Assembly (NCBI GenBank): GCA_002811645.1
Contig: PDIP01000017.1
Coordinates: 124,001 to 188,000, forward strand
DNA: 64,000 nt
Reading direction: 5' to 3'
Origin: Corallochytrium limacisporum Hawaii
Taxonomy: Eukaryota; Protista; Pluriformea
The position numbers were made by a program, and so were the translations under genes. Positions within the stretch are counted from its first letter, which is position 1, and each line of letters starts with the position of its first letter. Below are positions 62,886 to 64,000 of this stretch, piece after piece. Under the pieces are notes generated by a model. That model did no database searches and was not told where the DNA came from. It saw only the letters and a program-made list of their open reading frames with translations.

Positions 62886-64000
62886 TCAAGATTGCGCATC
62901 TGCTTTCTTCTGCTTGAGGGTCTCTATGGCCTCAAGCAACGGCTTCCGCTTCACGTCGTACCGACTCTTCAGGGAAGCAGCACGTTCCTCCATTTCCGGA
63001 TCGATTGCTTCCAGTTGCTTCTTCAATTCCTCTAGCCGAGCAACAATGGCAGGATCCAAACCATCGGACTTGTCCGAGTCGTTCGATTTCAAACTGTCCT
63101 GAGGTTCATTAGCGGCATTGGGATCGAAGATGTTCATAAACGCCGGTCGATATTCACCCTTCTTCTTGCTTGGCTTAAAAGTGTCTGATTCTACCATTGT
63201 GCCGCTATTGCTGATCATGGTACCACTGGTCACCATAGTCCCAGTGTCGTTCTGCACCATTGTTCCCGAGTTACTTATCATTGTCCCAGACTTGTTCACC
63301 ATTGTTCCTGTGTCGTTTGTGATCATTGTTCCTGTGTCATGGGCTATCATCGTACCAGTATCATGCGTGATCATGGTCCCCGTGTTATGGGCTATCATCG
63401 TACCAGTGTCATGAGTGACCATGGTCCCCGTATTCGAGACCATTGTGCCAGTGTGCAAGTTCGGTGTCGACCCAGAACTTCGTCCACGAGGGGGAAGTGG
63501 TGGTGGCTTGGCCGTACCGCTGACACCCGGCTTCATGGTGCCAGTGTCCGCTGAACTGGCTGCTCCCGGTTTCATTGTGGCAAAATCTTGTTCATTCTCG
63601 TCCTCCTCGTCAATGCCAATGTCAAGATCGAACTTCATGGTCGCAGCTTCCTCAATTGCTCGCCTCATCGCAAACTTATTAGAGATCTTCTTGACAAAAA
63701 CGTGATTCAACAATTTGCCACATTTCTGTCTTTCACTCGGTTTTTTCTTCAAGCAACACTTCAAAAAGTCCACGAGGTCGGGCGAGACTTCATCTGGATT
63801 CTGGAGTCCAGGCGCCGGCCTCCCGGGGATCATGAACAGGGCTCGCATGGGATGGATATTTGCCAACGGTGGCATACCCTCGATCATTTCTATACACGTG
63901 ATTCCCAGAGACCAGATGTCTGCCATTGTATCGTATCCCACTTCCTGGACTACTTCTGGTGCCATCCAATATGGTGTACCAATCAGCGTGTTCCGTTTGG
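62886..64000 (-). CDS. STK3: Hippo/MST1-2 (STE20 GCK-II) kinase; 5' part lies outside the window
   Basis: KRNTLIGTPYWMAPEVVQEVGYD, ADIWSLGIT and HPMRALFMIP; C-terminal SARAH helix EELKKQLEAIDPEMEE...RYDVKRKPLLEAI. Confidence 0.92.
   Translation of the reverse strand, partial: KRNTLIGTPYWMAPEVVQEVGYDTMADIWSLGITCIEMIEGMPPLANIHPMRALFMIPGRPAPGLQNPDEVSPDLVDFLKCCLKKKPSERQKCGKLLNHVFVKKISNKFAMRRAIEEAATMKFDLDIGIDEEDENEQDFATMKPGAASSADTGTMKPGVSGTAKPPPLPPRGRSSGSTPNLHTGTMVSNTGTMVTHDTGTMIAHNTGTMITHDTGTMIAHDTGTMITNDTGTMVNKSGTMISNSGTMVQNDTGTMVTSGTMISNSGTMVESDTFKPSKKKGEYRPAFMNIFDPNAANEPQDSLKSNDSDKSDGLDPAIVARLEELKKQLEAIDPEMEERAASLKSRYDVKRKPLLEAIETLKQKKADAQS
63192..63455 (-). repeat. Coding tandem repeat, 12 x [T/S]GTM[V/I]x(1-3) units of 18-24 nt
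   Basis: HTGTMVSNTGTMVTHDTGTMIAHNTGTMITHD...SGTMV in the kinase-SARAH linker. Confidence 0.92.

Noticed and set aside
63192-63455. Repeat array as CRISPR or mobile element
   Set aside because: Units are in-frame coding repeats without unique spacers; no cas or transposase genes in the window.

Overview
This is a gene-dense, almost intron-free eukaryotic nuclear window with about 36 protein-coding genes, 4 short spliceosomal introns, 2 assembly gaps, and no CRISPR array, rRNA or recognisable transposon. The gene content (SARAH-domain Hippo/MST kinase, twinfilin, Kir channel, gamma-COP, plus RibB, an HPt phosphorelay protein and an Agd3-like deacetylase) and the extreme intron poverty suggest a unicellular holozoan, Corallochytrium-like; this is inference. 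The stand-out observation is a nuclear tRNA-Gly(GCC) gene (9519-9638) interrupted in the T-loop at position 59/60 by a 49-nt intron. Its junctions fold into a complete archaeal-type bulge-helix-bulge (BHB) splicing motif, and the insertion breaks the Pol III B-box. Other notable items are a cyanobacterial-type stand-alone CofG deazaflavin synthase, an HPt protein with a predicted N-terminal acylation signal, a Hippo kinase with 13 Gly-Thr-Met motifs in its linker, yeast-like TACTAAC branch points, poly(C)-poly(G) tracts marking promoters, and a shortened, divergent ESS2 splicing factor. Two spliced genes (LYRM5/ETFRF1 and V-ATPase subunit e) and a mitochondrial-targeting first exon of MsrA are not correctly represented in the ORF track. 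All family assignments come from motif recognition by eye; no database search was run.
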